From positions 1 to 41,648 of the forward strand of contig DRKU01000193.1 in the NCBI GenBank assembly GCA_011051615.1: 41,648 nucleotides of DNA, in the 5' to 3' direction. The stretch comes from Gammaproteobacteria bacterium (lineage in GTDB: Bacteria; Pseudomonadota; Gammaproteobacteria; CAMYNG01). Positions within the stretch are counted from its first letter, which is position 1. Each line of letters begins with the position of its first letter. Made by a program: the position numbers and the translations under genes. Shown here one piece after another: positions 1 through 9,014 of this stretch. The notes under the pieces were generated by a model that was not told where the DNA came from, did no database searches, and saw only the letters and a list, made by a program, of their open reading frames with translations.

Positions 1-145
1 AGTCGTCATCAAGGGCATCGACAAGCAGAAGGTTGGTCAGGTGGCTGCGGAAATTCGCGCCTATCGTCCGCCTGAGCCGTACAAGGGCAAGGGTGTGAAG
101 TATGCGGGTGAGCATATCGTGCGCAAAGATGCCAAGAAGAAATAG
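1..145 (+). CDS. rplF: 50S ribosomal protein L6, C-terminal part (5' truncated by window)
   Basis: Frame from nt 2 reads [34 protein letters not shown]...KKK*, with the L6 PEPYKGKG signature; lies directly upstream of rplR. Confidence 0.97.
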   Translation, partial: VVIKGIDKQKVGQVAAEIRAYRPPEPYKGKGVKYAGEHIVRKDAKKK

Positions 146-159
146 GGCAGGTAAAGTAA

Positions 160-513
160 ATGGATAAGAAAGCAAAACGGTTGCGCCGCGCGCGCCGTAC
201 ACGGGCCAAAATCAGCGAGCTGGGTATTCAGCGTCTGTGCATCCATCGCACGCCGCGGCATATCTATGCCCAGGTGATTTCGGCCGACGGTGGCAAGGTC
301 CTGGCTACTGCCTCGACCGTGCAGGCCGAAGTAAAGGGCAAGGTAAAGTCGACGGGCAATGTCGAGGCCGCGGCTGAGGTGGGCCGGATGATCGCCGAAA
401 AGGCGAAGTCTGCCGGTGTCAGCAAGGTGGCATTCGATCGTTCCGGTTTCAAGTATCACGGTCGGCTCAAGGCGTTAGCAGATGCTGCGCGCGAAGCCGG
501 TCTGGAATTCTAA
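160..513 (+). CDS. rplR: 50S ribosomal protein L18
   Basis: [14 protein letters not shown] and [11 protein letters not shown] motifs; spc operon order. Confidence 0.98.
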   Translation: MDKKAKRLRRARRTRAKISELGIQRLCIHRTPRHIYAQVISADGGKVLATASTVQAEVKGKVKSTGNVEAAAEVGRMIAEKAKSAGVSKVAFDRSGFKYHGRLKALADAAREAGLEF

Positions 514-523
514 GGGCACAGTT

Positions 524-1030
524 ATGGCAGTAGCGGATAGTTCACAGAGCACAGACGGTCTGCAGGAGCGCCTGGTCGCGGTACGCCGCGTCGCCAAGGT
601 GGTCAAGGGTGGCCGTATCTTCGGTTTCTCGGCCCTGACCGTCGTCGGTGATGGCAATGGCAAGGTCGGTTTCGGTACCGGCAAGGCACGCGAAGTGCCG
701 GTGGCCATCCAGAAGGCGATGGAAGCCGCGCGCAAGAACATGGTTTCCATCGACCTGAAGGAAGGCACACTGCAGTATCCGATTACGTCTTCGCATGGTG
801 CGGCCAAGGTCTACATGCAGCCGGCCTCCGAAGGTACCGGCGTCATCGCCGGTGGCCCGATGCGTGCGGTTTTCGATGTGGTTGGTGTGCATAACGTGCT
901 GGCCAAGTGCATCGGCTCGAACAACCCCATCAACGTCGTGCGTGCGACCATCAAGGGGCTGGGCGACATGTTCTCGCCGGAGAAGATCGCCGCCAAGCGC
1001 GGAAAGAAAGTCGAAGAAATCCTGGATTGA
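524..1030 (+). CDS. rpsE: 30S ribosomal protein S5
   Basis: [25 protein letters not shown] motif; ATG at 524 chosen because the ORF-track start (482) overlaps rplR. Confidence 0.98.
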   Translation: MAVADSSQSTDGLQERLVAVRRVAKVVKGGRIFGFSALTVVGDGNGKVGFGTGKAREVPVAIQKAMEAARKNMVSIDLKEGTLQYPITSSHGAAKVYMQPASEGTGVIAGGPMRAVFDVVGVHNVLAKCIGSNNPINVVRATIKGLGDMFSPEKIAAKRGKKVEEILD

Positions 1031-1034
1031 TACC

Positions 1035-1223
1035 ATGGCAGACAAGAAGACAGTCAAAGTGACGCTGGTGCGTTCCACCAACGGTCGCCTCAAGTCCCAC
1101 AAGGCCTGTGTTGCCGGTCTGGGAATTCGCCGCATGCACCAGACGGTGGAGGTTGAAGATACGCCTTCCGTGCGCGGCATGATCAACAGGGTCAGCTATA
1201 TGCTGAAGGTCGAGGAGAACTGA
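1035..1223 (+). CDS. rpmD: 50S ribosomal protein L30
   Basis: [14 protein letters not shown]...[23 protein letters not shown]; C-terminal 62 aa of ORF 795..1223. Confidence 0.97.
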   Translation: MADKKTVKVTLVRSTNGRLKSHKACVAGLGIRRMHQTVEVEDTPSVRGMINRVSYMLKVEEN

Positions 1224-1225
1224 GC

Positions 1226-1660
1226 ATGCGCCTCAATACACTCAAGCCCGGCAAGGGCGCCAGGACCGCCGCCAAGCGTGTCGGTCGTGGTATTGGTTCT
1301 GGTCTGGGCAAAACCGCCGGCCGTGGCCACAAGGGTCAGAAATCCCGTTCGGGCGGTTTCCACAAGGTCGGTTTCGAAGGCGGCCAGATGCCCCTGCAGC
1401 GGCGCCTGCCCAAGGTCGGGTTCCGCTCGCGCAAGGCCATGGTGACGGCGGAGATTCGTCTCCACGAGCTGGCCAAGGTGGAGGGTGACGTGGTGGACCT
1501 GCCTGCACTCAAGGCGGCCAACATCGTCAACCAGAATACCCGTTACGCACGCGTTATGAAGTCGGGTGAGATCAACCGCGCCGTTACCGTACGCGGCCTT
1601 GGTGTAACACCAGGTGCGCGCGCTGCCATTGAAGCCGCTGGCGGCAAGGTCGAGGACTAA
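1226..1660 (+). CDS. rplO: 50S ribosomal protein L15
   Basis: [24 protein letters not shown] and [15 protein letters not shown] motifs. Confidence 0.98.
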   Translation: MRLNTLKPGKGARTAAKRVGRGIGSGLGKTAGRGHKGQKSRSGGFHKVGFEGGQMPLQRRLPKVGFRSRKAMVTAEIRLHELAKVEGDVVDLPALKAANIVNQNTRYARVMKSGEINRAVTVRGLGVTPGARAAIEAAGGKVED

Positions 1661-1661
1661 A

Positions 1662-2993
1662 TTGGCGGGTCCCAACTCAGCGATTGCGGGAGCCATGCAG
1701 GCGGGGCGTTTTACCGAGCTTCGCCAACGCATCTTCTTCCTGATTGGTGCCCTGCTGGTATTTCGCGTCGGGACCTTTATCCCGGTGCCCGGGATAAACC
1801 CGGACAAGCTCGAGGCCCTGTTCAAGGCGCAGGAAGGGACCATCCTCGACCTGTTCGGCATTTTCACCGGTGGCGCGCTGGAGCGCATGTCGGTATTTGC
1901 CCTTGGTGTGATGCCGTACATCTCGGCATCCATCATTATTCAGCTGCTGACCAAGGTACACCCGAAGCTGGAGCAGCTGAGCAAGGAGGGCGCGGCCGGC
2001 AAGCGCAAGATCACGCAGTACACGCGTTGGGCGACGCTGGGCCTGGCGGCCTTCCAGGCCGTGGGCGTGGCGGTGGCACTGTCGCGGCAGCCGGGCCTGT
2101 TGTTGCTCGATGCCTCGACGTTCTATTTCACCACGGTCGTGACCCTGGTGACGGGGACCATGTTCCTCATGTGGCTGGGTGAGCAGATCACCGAGCGTGG
2201 TATCGGCAACGGCATGTCCATGCTGATTTTTGCCGGTATCGTGGCCGGTCTGCCGTCGGCCATTGGCGGAGTGCTGGAGTCGGCGCGCACGGGCCTGTTG
2301 AGTCCGGGCTTCATGCTGGGTCTCATCATCCTGTCGGTGCTGGTGATCGCCTTCGTGGTGTTCATGGAGCGCGGCCAGCGACGGATCTCGGTGACGTATG
2401 CCAAGCGGCAGCAGGGGCGGCGGATGTATGCGGCTCAGAGCAGTCATTTGCCGTTGAAGGTGAACATGGCGGGCGTGATCCCGCCCATCTTTGCCTCGAG
2501 CATCATTCTGTTTCCGGCCACCATGATGGGCTGGTTCGGGGATGCCGATGGTATGGGCTGGCTGCAGGACATCGCTGCGACGCTGTCCCCCGGGCAGCCG
2601 ATCTACGTCATGCTCTATGCGCTGGCGATTATATTTTTCTGCTTTTTCTATACGGCGCTGGTGTTCAACCCGCGTGAAACGGCAGACAACCTGAAGCGCT
2701 CAGGGGCATTTATTCCGGGGATCCGGCCCGGTGAGCAGACCGCACGTTATATCGACACGATTCTCGGGCGGCTGACGCTGATCGGTGCCCTGTATATTAC
2801 GGCAGTGAGTATCCTGCCGGAGTTCATGATTCTGTACGGGGGCGTGCCGTTCTATTTTGGCGGCACCTCCCTGCTCATCATCGTGGTAGTGGTGATGGAT
2901 TTCATGGCCCAGGTTCAGACCCATCTGGTCTCCCACCAGTATGAGGGGCTGATGAAAAAGGCCAATCTGAAAGGCGGTGGCCGCGGCCTCTAG
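1662..2993 (+). CDS. secY: Preprotein translocase subunit SecY
   Basis: Multi-TM protein with [40 protein letters not shown] and GGTSLLI motifs; probable TTG start at 1662 after GAGG at the end of rplO (ATG at 1695 is the alternative). Confidence 0.97.
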   Translation: MAGPNSAIAGAMQAGRFTELRQRIFFLIGALLVFRVGTFIPVPGINPDKLEALFKAQEGTILDLFGIFTGGALERMSVFALGVMPYISASIIIQLLTKVHPKLEQLSKEGAAGKRKITQYTRWATLGLAAFQAVGVAVALSRQPGLLLLDASTFYFTTVVTLVTGTMFLMWLGEQITERGIGNGMSMLIFAGIVAGLPSAIGGVLESARTGLLSPGFMLGLIILSVLVIAFVVFMERGQRRISVTYAKRQQGRRMYAAQSSHLPLKVNMAGVIPPIFASSIILFPATMMGWFGDADGMGWLQDIAATLSPGQPIYVMLYALAIIFFCFFYTALVFNPRETADNLKRSGAFIPGIRPGEQTARYIDTILGRLTLIGALYITAVSILPEFMILYGGVPFYFGGTSLLIIVVVVMDFMAQVQTHLVSHQYEGLMKKANLKGGGRGL

Positions 2994-3026
2994 GCGGGCC
3001 GGGTTCGGTATATTTGGAGCACAGCA

Positions 3027-3140
3027 ATGAAAGTTAGAGCATCGGTCAAGAAAATTTGCCGTAACTGCAAGATCATCCGTCGCCACGGCAGTGTGCGCGT
3101 GATCTGCAAGGATCCCCGGCACAAGCAGCGCCAGGGATAA
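3027..3140 (+). CDS. rpmJ: 50S ribosomal protein L36 (Zn-ribbon form), absent from the ORF track
   Basis: Hand translation: [37 protein letters not shown]; GGAG upstream; sits between secY and rpsM. Confidence 0.97.
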   Translation: MKVRASVKKICRNCKIIRRHGSVRVICKDPRHKQRQG

Positions 3141-3172
3141 GCCCCCAAACAGGGGAAAAATCGTTGATTTTC

Positions 3173-3202
3173 TTGAAAAATCACCTTATTTGGATGTACC
3201 AT
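3173..3202 (+). promoter_or_regulatory. Candidate sigma70 promoter of the alpha operon
   Basis: TTGAAA-N18-TACCAT in the AT-rich rpmJ-rpsM gap, where the alpha-operon promoter lies in other gammaproteobacteria. Confidence 0.5.
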
Positions 3203-3257
3203 AGCGCGTTTTCCGTGGCGCTTTGGCAGTAAATCAAGTACTTGAGGGAGTGGCTTC

Positions 3258-3614
3258 ATGGCCCGTATAGCAGGTATCAATGTTCCGGATAACAAGCACG
3301 CCGTGATCGCGCTGACGTCGATCTATGGTGTCGGGAACACGCGCGCACGTCAGATCTGCGAGGCCGCCGGGGTGACGCCTTCGGCGCGGATCCGCGATCT
3401 GACCGAGAGCGAACTCGAGGCATTGCGCAGTGAAGTCGGCAAGTTTACCGTCGAAGGTGATCTGCGCCGCGAAGTGTCCATGAACATCAAGCGTCTCATG
3501 GACCTGGGTTGCTACCGCGGCCTGCGTCATCGTCGCGGTCTGCCGCTGCGCGGTCAGCGCACGCGCACCAACGCCCGCACCCGTAAGGGTCCGCGCAAGA
3601 TGATCAAAAAGTAA
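3258..3614 (+). CDS. rpsM: 30S ribosomal protein S13
   Basis: [10 protein letters not shown]...[17 protein letters not shown]. Confidence 0.98.
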   Translation: MARIAGINVPDNKHAVIALTSIYGVGNTRARQICEAAGVTPSARIRDLTESELEALRSEVGKFTVEGDLRREVSMNIKRLMDLGCYRGLRHRRGLPLRGQRTRTNARTRKGPRKMIKK

Positions 3615-3647
3615 TCGTTACCAACCTAACGTTTTTCAGGTAAAAGC

Positions 3648-4037
3648 ATGGCAACAAAACCCGGTTCGCGGAAGAAAAAGGTCAAGCGCAACGTCTCTGA
3701 TGGCATCGCGCATGTCCACGCTTCCTTCAACAATACCATCGTGACCATCTCTGATCGCCAGGGCAACGCCCTGTGCTGGGCCACCGCCGGTGGTTCCGGA
3801 TTCCGTGGTTCGCGCAAGAGCACGCCCTTCGCTGCGCAGGTGGCTGCAGAACGTGCAGGTACGGTAGCCAAGGAATACGGCATCAAGAACCTGGAAGTAT
3901 GTGTCAAGGGTCCTGGACCGGGACGTGAGTCCGCCGTGCGCGCACTCAATGCACAGGGTTTCAAGATCATCAGTATTACTGACGTTACGCCTATCCCGCA
4001 CAACGGGTGTCGGCCACCGAAAAAACGTCGCGTTTAA
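3648..4037 (+). CDS. rpsK: 30S ribosomal protein S11
   Basis: [36 protein letters not shown]. Confidence 0.98.
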   Translation: MATKPGSRKKKVKRNVSDGIAHVHASFNNTIVTISDRQGNALCWATAGGSGFRGSRKSTPFAAQVAAERAGTVAKEYGIKNLEVCVKGPGPGRESAVRALNAQGFKIISITDVTPIPHNGCRPPKKRRV

Positions 4038-4052
4038 TTCAGGAGCAGACCA

Positions 4053-4679
4053 TTGGCCAGATATATCGGTCCCAAGTGCCGCCTTTGCCGTCGCGAAGGT
4101 GACAAACTTTTTCTGAAGGGTGAGAAGTGTCATTCCGGGAAATGTCCCATGGAATCGCGCCCCTTCCCGCCCGGGCAGCACGGCCAGCGCCGTACGCGTC
4201 TTTCTGACTATGCCACGCAGTTGCGTGCCAAGCAGAAGCTGCGTCGTATCTACGGCATACTGGAAGATCAGTTTCGTCGCTATTATAAGGAAGCTGACCG
4301 TATCAAGGGTTCCACGGGTGAAAACCTGTTGCAGTTGCTGGAATCCCGCCTGGACAATGTCGTGTTTCGCATGGGCTTCGGTGCCTCGCGCTCTGAAGCT
4401 CGTCAGCTGATCCGCCACAATGGTGTCACCCTGAACGGCAAGAAGATGAATATTCCTTCTGCCAGGGTCAAGCCCGGTGATGTCATCGCCCTGACCGAGA
4501 AGGCGCGTAACCAGTTGCGCATCAAGACCGCGATGGAGATGGCCGAGCAGCGGGGTATCCCGGAGTGGTTGAGCGTTGACGCCAAGAAAGCAGAAGGCAC
4601 CTTTACGACTATGCCTGAACGCAGTGATCTGCCTTCCGACATCAACGAACAGCTGGTGGTGGAGTTGTACTCGAAGTAA
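4053..4679 (+). CDS. rpsD: 30S ribosomal protein S4 (four-Cys N-terminus), TTG start
   Basis: [36 protein letters not shown]; AGGAG upstream. Confidence 0.98.
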   Translation: MARYIGPKCRLCRREGDKLFLKGEKCHSGKCPMESRPFPPGQHGQRRTRLSDYATQLRAKQKLRRIYGILEDQFRRYYKEADRIKGSTGENLLQLLESRLDNVVFRMGFGASRSEARQLIRHNGVTLNGKKMNIPSARVKPGDVIALTEKARNQLRIKTAMEMAEQRGIPEWLSVDAKKAEGTFTTMPERSDLPSDINEQLVVELYSK

Positions 4680-4763
4680 GTATCGTCCTGTGGCGGCACA
4701 GGCCTGCCACGGTCTTTGAGGCAATAGCGGATTTAATACAGGGAAACAAACAAGAGGCTTTCC

Positions 4764-5771
4764 ATGCAGGGGTCTGTAACAGAATTTCTCAAGCCACGTA
4801 TTGTGGATGTACAGCAGAAGAGTGAAACTCAGGCGCGTATCGTGCTCGAGCCGCTGGAACGCGGTTTCGGCCATACACTGGGCAACGCCCTGCGCCGGAT
4901 CCTGCTTTCTTCCATGACCGGTTGTGCCGTCACGGAAGTGGAAATCGAGGGCGTGCTCCATGAATACACTTCGGTCGAAGGGGTGCAGGAAGACGTTGTC
5001 GAAATCCTGCTCAACCTCAAGGGGCTCGCCTTGCACATGAGCAACCGCGATGAAGCCACCCTGACCCTGAACAAAAAGGGCCCGGGTGTGGTGACTGCCG
5101 GTGACATCATGCTCGATCATGATGTCGAACTGGTCAATCCGGAGCATGTTATCGCCCACCTTACCAAGGCCGGCGAGCTGAACATGACGCTCAAGGTTGA
5201 ACGCGGGCGCGGCTACGAGCCGGCTACCGTACGCACCGAAAGCGAAGAAGGTGATCGCCCTATCGGTCGCATGGTTCTGGATGCCAGTTTCAGCCCGGTT
5301 TCGCGCGTGGCCTACGTGGTCGATAGCGCACGCGTCGAGCAGCGTACCAACCTCGACAAGCTGATCATCGAGCTGGAGACCAACGGTACCATCGATCCGG
5401 AAGCGGCGATTCGCCAGTCGGCAACTATCCTGCAGGACCAGCTGTCCGCCTTCGTCGATCTGAAGGGCAAGCAGGAAGCCGAGCCGCAGGAAGAAGAGCC
5501 GGAGATCGATCCCGTGCTGCTGCGCCCGGTGGACGATCTGGAATTGACCGTACGTTCGGCGAACTGTCTCAAGGCAGAGCAGATCTACTACATTGGTGAC
5601 CTGATCCAGCGTACCGAGGTAGAGCTGCTGAAGACGCCCAACCTGGGCAAGAAGTCGCTGACGGAAATCAAGGATGTGCTGGCCTCGCGCGGTCTTTCAC
5701 TGGGTATGCGGCTGGAGAACTGGCCACCCGCCAGCCTGAAGGACAAGACAGGCGAAAAAACCGGAACCTGA
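4764..5771 (+). CDS. rpoA: RNA polymerase alpha subunit
   Basis: [22 protein letters not shown]; alpha-[15 protein letters not shown] and NLGKKSL. Confidence 0.99.
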   Translation: MQGSVTEFLKPRIVDVQQKSETQARIVLEPLERGFGHTLGNALRRILLSSMTGCAVTEVEIEGVLHEYTSVEGVQEDVVEILLNLKGLALHMSNRDEATLTLNKKGPGVVTAGDIMLDHDVELVNPEHVIAHLTKAGELNMTLKVERGRGYEPATVRTESEEGDRPIGRMVLDASFSPVSRVAYVVDSARVEQRTNLDKLIIELETNGTIDPEAAIRQSATILQDQLSAFVDLKGKQEAEPQEEEPEIDPVLLRPVDDLELTVRSANCLKAEQIYYIGDLIQRTEVELLKTPNLGKKSLTEIKDVLASRGLSLGMRLENWPPASLKDKTGEKTGT

Positions 5772-5815
5772 GCGTTCTTTCCGAATTCACGAATTGCAGT
5801 TGAAGGTAAGCAATC

Positions 5816-6223
5816 ATGCGTCACCGTAAGAGTGGTCGACAACTAAACCGTAATAGCAGCCATCGCAAGGCCATGTTTCGCAACATGGCGGCTTCGCTGT
5901 TCCGCCACGAACTAATCCGCACCACCTTGCCCAAGGCCAAGGAACTGCGTCGCGTGGCCGAGCCGCTGATCACTCTTGCCGGCACCGACAGTGTCGCCAA
6001 TCGCCGCCTGGCCTTTGCCCGCCTGCGTGATCGTGACATCGTCACCAAGCTGTTCGATGAACTCGGTCCGCGTTACGCCAAGCGTCCGGGTGGTTACCTG
6101 CGCATCCTCAAGTGCGGTTTTCGTCCTGGTGACAATGCGCCCATGGCCTACGTGGAACTTGTCGATCGCCCCGCCACGGGTGAAGCCACCGAGGCCGTGG
6201 AAGGCGAGGCTGCCGAGGCCTGA
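5816..6223 (+). CDS. rplQ: 50S ribosomal protein L17
   Basis: [41 protein letters not shown]. Confidence 0.99.
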   Translation: MRHRKSGRQLNRNSSHRKAMFRNMAASLFRHELIRTTLPKAKELRRVAEPLITLAGTDSVANRRLAFARLRDRDIVTKLFDELGPRYAKRPGGYLRILKCGFRPGDNAPMAYVELVDRPATGEATEAVEGEAAEA

Positions 6224-6250
6224 GTCAGGCGCTACGGCATACATACGAAG

Positions 6251-6275
6251 AAACCGGGCCTTGCCCGGTTTTTTT
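6251..6275 (+). terminator. Rho-independent terminator of the alpha operon
   Basis: AAACCGGGC-ctt-GCCCGGTTT followed by a T run, just after the rplQ stop. Confidence 0.9.
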
Positions 6276-6320
6276 GTGCGCTATACTTTTTCCGATGCCT
6301 GATGGATGGCCCTGGCCTGC

Positions 6321-7052
6321 ATGCGCATGATCGCTCTGTTTACCGACTTTACCCTCAACGGTCCCTATGTGGGTCAGATGCACGCCGTGCTCGGGCAACT
6401 GGCGCCAGGTGTGTGTCTTGTGGATCTGATGCACGATGCGCCGCGCTGTGATCCCCGTGCGGCGGCCTGCCTGCTCGCCCGCATCGTGGCGCCCCTGCCT
6501 GATGATGCCCTGGTGCTTGCCGTCGTGGATCCCGGGGTGGGGGATCCCGGCCGCCGCGCGGTGGTGCTGGAGGCCGATGGGCGACGCTTCGTCGGTCCCG
6601 ACAATGGCCTGCTGGAGTCGGTTGCGCGTACCGCGAAACTGTCCCGCTGGTGGCAGATCACCTGGCAACCGCCGCAGCTCTCGGACAGCTTCCATGGCCG
6701 CGACCTGTTTGCCCCCGTCGCTGCCCAACTGGCCACCGGGACACCGCTGGAGCAGCTGGCACACATGATCCCCGCGGGTCACTTTGCAGACTGGCCCACG
6801 GAGCTGGCGGAAGTCATCTATGTGGATGCCTTTGGCAACCTGATCACCGGGCTCGACGCCGGGGACATCGATGTGTCGGCCCGGCTTGTCATCGCCGGGA
6901 ATACGGTGGCTGGTGCGCGTACCTTTTCAGCCGTGCCGGAAGGCGAGCTGTTCTGGTATCACAACTCGATGGGCCTGGTGGAAATTGCACAGAACAGGGG
7001 AAATGCGGCGCTCAGTCTGGGCTGCGGGATTGGTACGCCGGTAGAACTATAG
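6321..7052 (+). CDS. SAM hydrolase / SAM-dependent halogenase family protein (DUF62)
   Basis: IALFTDF, VVDPGVG, FVGPDNGLL, SFHGRDLFAP and YVDAFGNLIT motifs; start could be 6306, 6321 or 6327. Confidence 0.9.
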   Translation: MRMIALFTDFTLNGPYVGQMHAVLGQLAPGVCLVDLMHDAPRCDPRAAACLLARIVAPLPDDALVLAVVDPGVGDPGRRAVVLEADGRRFVGPDNGLLESVARTAKLSRWWQITWQPPQLSDSFHGRDLFAPVAAQLATGTPLEQLAHMIPAGHFADWPTELAEVIYVDAFGNLITGLDAGDIDVSARLVIAGNTVAGARTFSAVPEGELFWYHNSMGLVEIAQNRGNAALSLGCGIGTPVEL

Positions 7053-7060
7053 CGTGATGG

Positions 7061-8539
7061 TCAGTTCCCCAGCACCTGCTCGCTGGTGGCAGGTGGTGTA
7101 TCCATTTCGATACGGTTGCGGCCATTTTTCTTGGCGGCATAGAGCAGGGCATCGGCACGGCCAATCAGCGCATCGCTGTTGTCCGTATAAAGGCAGGACG
7201 TGAGTCCGGCGGAGAACGTCGGGGTGGAAAGCGTATCGTGGGCCATGACCAGCTTGCTGTCCATGGCCTGCTGGCGTGCCTTTTCCAGCGCGCGCAGAGC
7301 TTCGTCGATACTGGTGTTGGGAAAAAGGATGGCAAATTCCTCACCACCATAGCGCGCCACCAGGTCGTGGCGACGGAACTGCGAGAGGATATCGCTGGCG
7401 TACTGCTTGAGCATCTGGTCGCCCACCGCGTGGCCGTGTCGGTCATTGACCTGTTTGAACTCGTCGAGATCGAGCAATGCAATGGTCAGCGGATACTGGT
7501 AACGCCGTGAACGATCGATTTCGTCTTCCAGGCGTTGCAGGAACGCGCGTCGGTTGGGCAGCTGCGTCAGGTCGTCGGTGAGGCTGAGCGTACGCACATG
7601 GTCGAGTTCCTGGCTCAGTTCGTCGCTGTTACGCTTGATGAGGTGCAGGAAGGCCTCGGTCTCACTGAGCATGCGCACCACCTGGTTCTGCTCGGCAAGT
7701 ATATGATTGATCTCGGAAATGGCATGCTGGCGCACGTTCTCCACATCCTGCTTGTTTTCCGCCTGTTCCAGTTGATAGAGCGTTTCTTCGAGCAGGAGAC
7801 CGAATTTTTCCTGGTGTTGAATGGTTTCCAGGATCCTTGCCGTCAGGGTTTCCTGCAGGTCGTGTAACTGCTGGGTCTGGTTGCTGAGCCGCTTCTGGAA
7901 GCCCGGTGGAATACCGGGCGAGGGGACGTTGCCCCCAGCCGGTGGACGGGTGATTTCGGCCTGGGAATTCATGTTCAGGTCACCCAGAGTGATACTGGCC
8001 TGTGACTCCATGGGCTCCAGCTCTGCTTCCTCGGCAGACTCATCGACGGCTGTCTCTGGTGCTGGCGCGTCCTGTGGGGGTTCCGTGCCCGCGGTCTCCG
8101 GCCCGGGTTCGCGGACCGGGCTATGAGGACCCGTTGCCGTGGCTCCTATCAGGGGGGCGAAGGCCTCGCGCAGGAGATCGGCGTCCGGGTCGGCCACTTC
8201 GGTAGCGAGGCGAATGGCCTTTTGCAAATAGACCTGCAGGGCGGCCAGTTCCGCCAGCGTGATGGGCGGCATGAGCCGCTTCTGCACCATCTTGAGTTCA
8301 AGGTTGAGCAGGGAATCGCCGGGTAACTGCTTACGCAGCACGGCCAGCAGGTTGTGCAGTACTACGGCATAGCCGCGACTGACCTTGTTCTGGGTACGTT
8401 CCATTTCACGCACCACATGGGAAACATGACGGTAGATGACGCTGCCGCCGGGATCGGTTTTCAGGGGCTCGAGCAGCCGAAGTACGTTCTCGGCACTCAA
8501 TCCCTGAACGACTGGTGTGTTCTTTTCTTTGTCAGACAT
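7061..8539 (-). CDS. Cytoplasmic diguanylate cyclase (GGDEF) with uncharacterised N-terminal domain and coiled coil
   Basis: TDDLTQLPNRR, DLDEFKQVND, I-site RRHD followed by LVARY-GGEEF, AKKNGRNR; no TM segment. Confidence 0.92.
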   Translation of the reverse strand: MSDKEKNTPVVQGLSAENVLRLLEPLKTDPGGSVIYRHVSHVVREMERTQNKVSRGYAVVLHNLLAVLRKQLPGDSLLNLELKMVQKRLMPPITLAELAALQVYLQKAIRLATEVADPDADLLREAFAPLIGATATGPHSPVREPGPETAGTEPPQDAPAPETAVDESAEEAELEPMESQASITLGDLNMNSQAEITRPPAGGNVPSPGIPPGFQKRLSNQTQQLHDLQETLTARILETIQHQEKFGLLLEETLYQLEQAENKQDVENVRQHAISEINHILAEQNQVVRMLSETEAFLHLIKRNSDELSQELDHVRTLSLTDDLTQLPNRRAFLQRLEDEIDRSRRYQYPLTIALLDLDEFKQVNDRHGHAVGDQMLKQYASDILSQFRRHDLVARYGGEEFAILFPNTSIDEALRALEKARQQAMDSKLVMAHDTLSTPTFSAGLTSCLYTDNSDALIGRADALLYAAKKNGRNRIEMDTPPATSEQVLGN

Positions 8540-9014
8540 TAACGGTCGACTGCACAGCTGGCCCGCGCGGGGCGCTGACCCTTAATTCATTGTTGTCCAG
8601 GGCTTCCGGTCCGTTTCCGTGGGAAGGGGAGGTTTCCGTATTGTCGTTATTCTCTGTGGGCGCCCAGCCTTTTATTTATGTATTCAATCTAACCCGATTC
8701 CTTGCCGCTGTCGAGATTGTAAATTTACTAATCCACATGAGTCTCTCGGGTACTGGGAAACTCGTCAGCGGCGGCGTGTGGAATCGATTCAAGCGATTTG
8801 AAGTGTGAATAACGGAAATCAGGGGCTTATCACTGATTGGTAAAGTAATGCGAGAAATGAACGCTGTATTGTCAGATTCTCTGCATATTTCTGACCTAGA
8901 TTTGCCAAAATAACGGCCCCGATAAGTGGTATTGCCGTTAGCAGAATAACGACGTGGGGCAGAGAGATGGGTTGGCAGCGGTCTTAATCCCCACAGAAAA
9001 TCGAGGAGAAAGGC

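Noticed and set aside
3636-5159. 507-aa minus-strand ORF
   Set aside because: Antisense shadow of rpsK-rpsD-rpoA with no recognisable motifs; such shadows are common in GC-rich coding DNA
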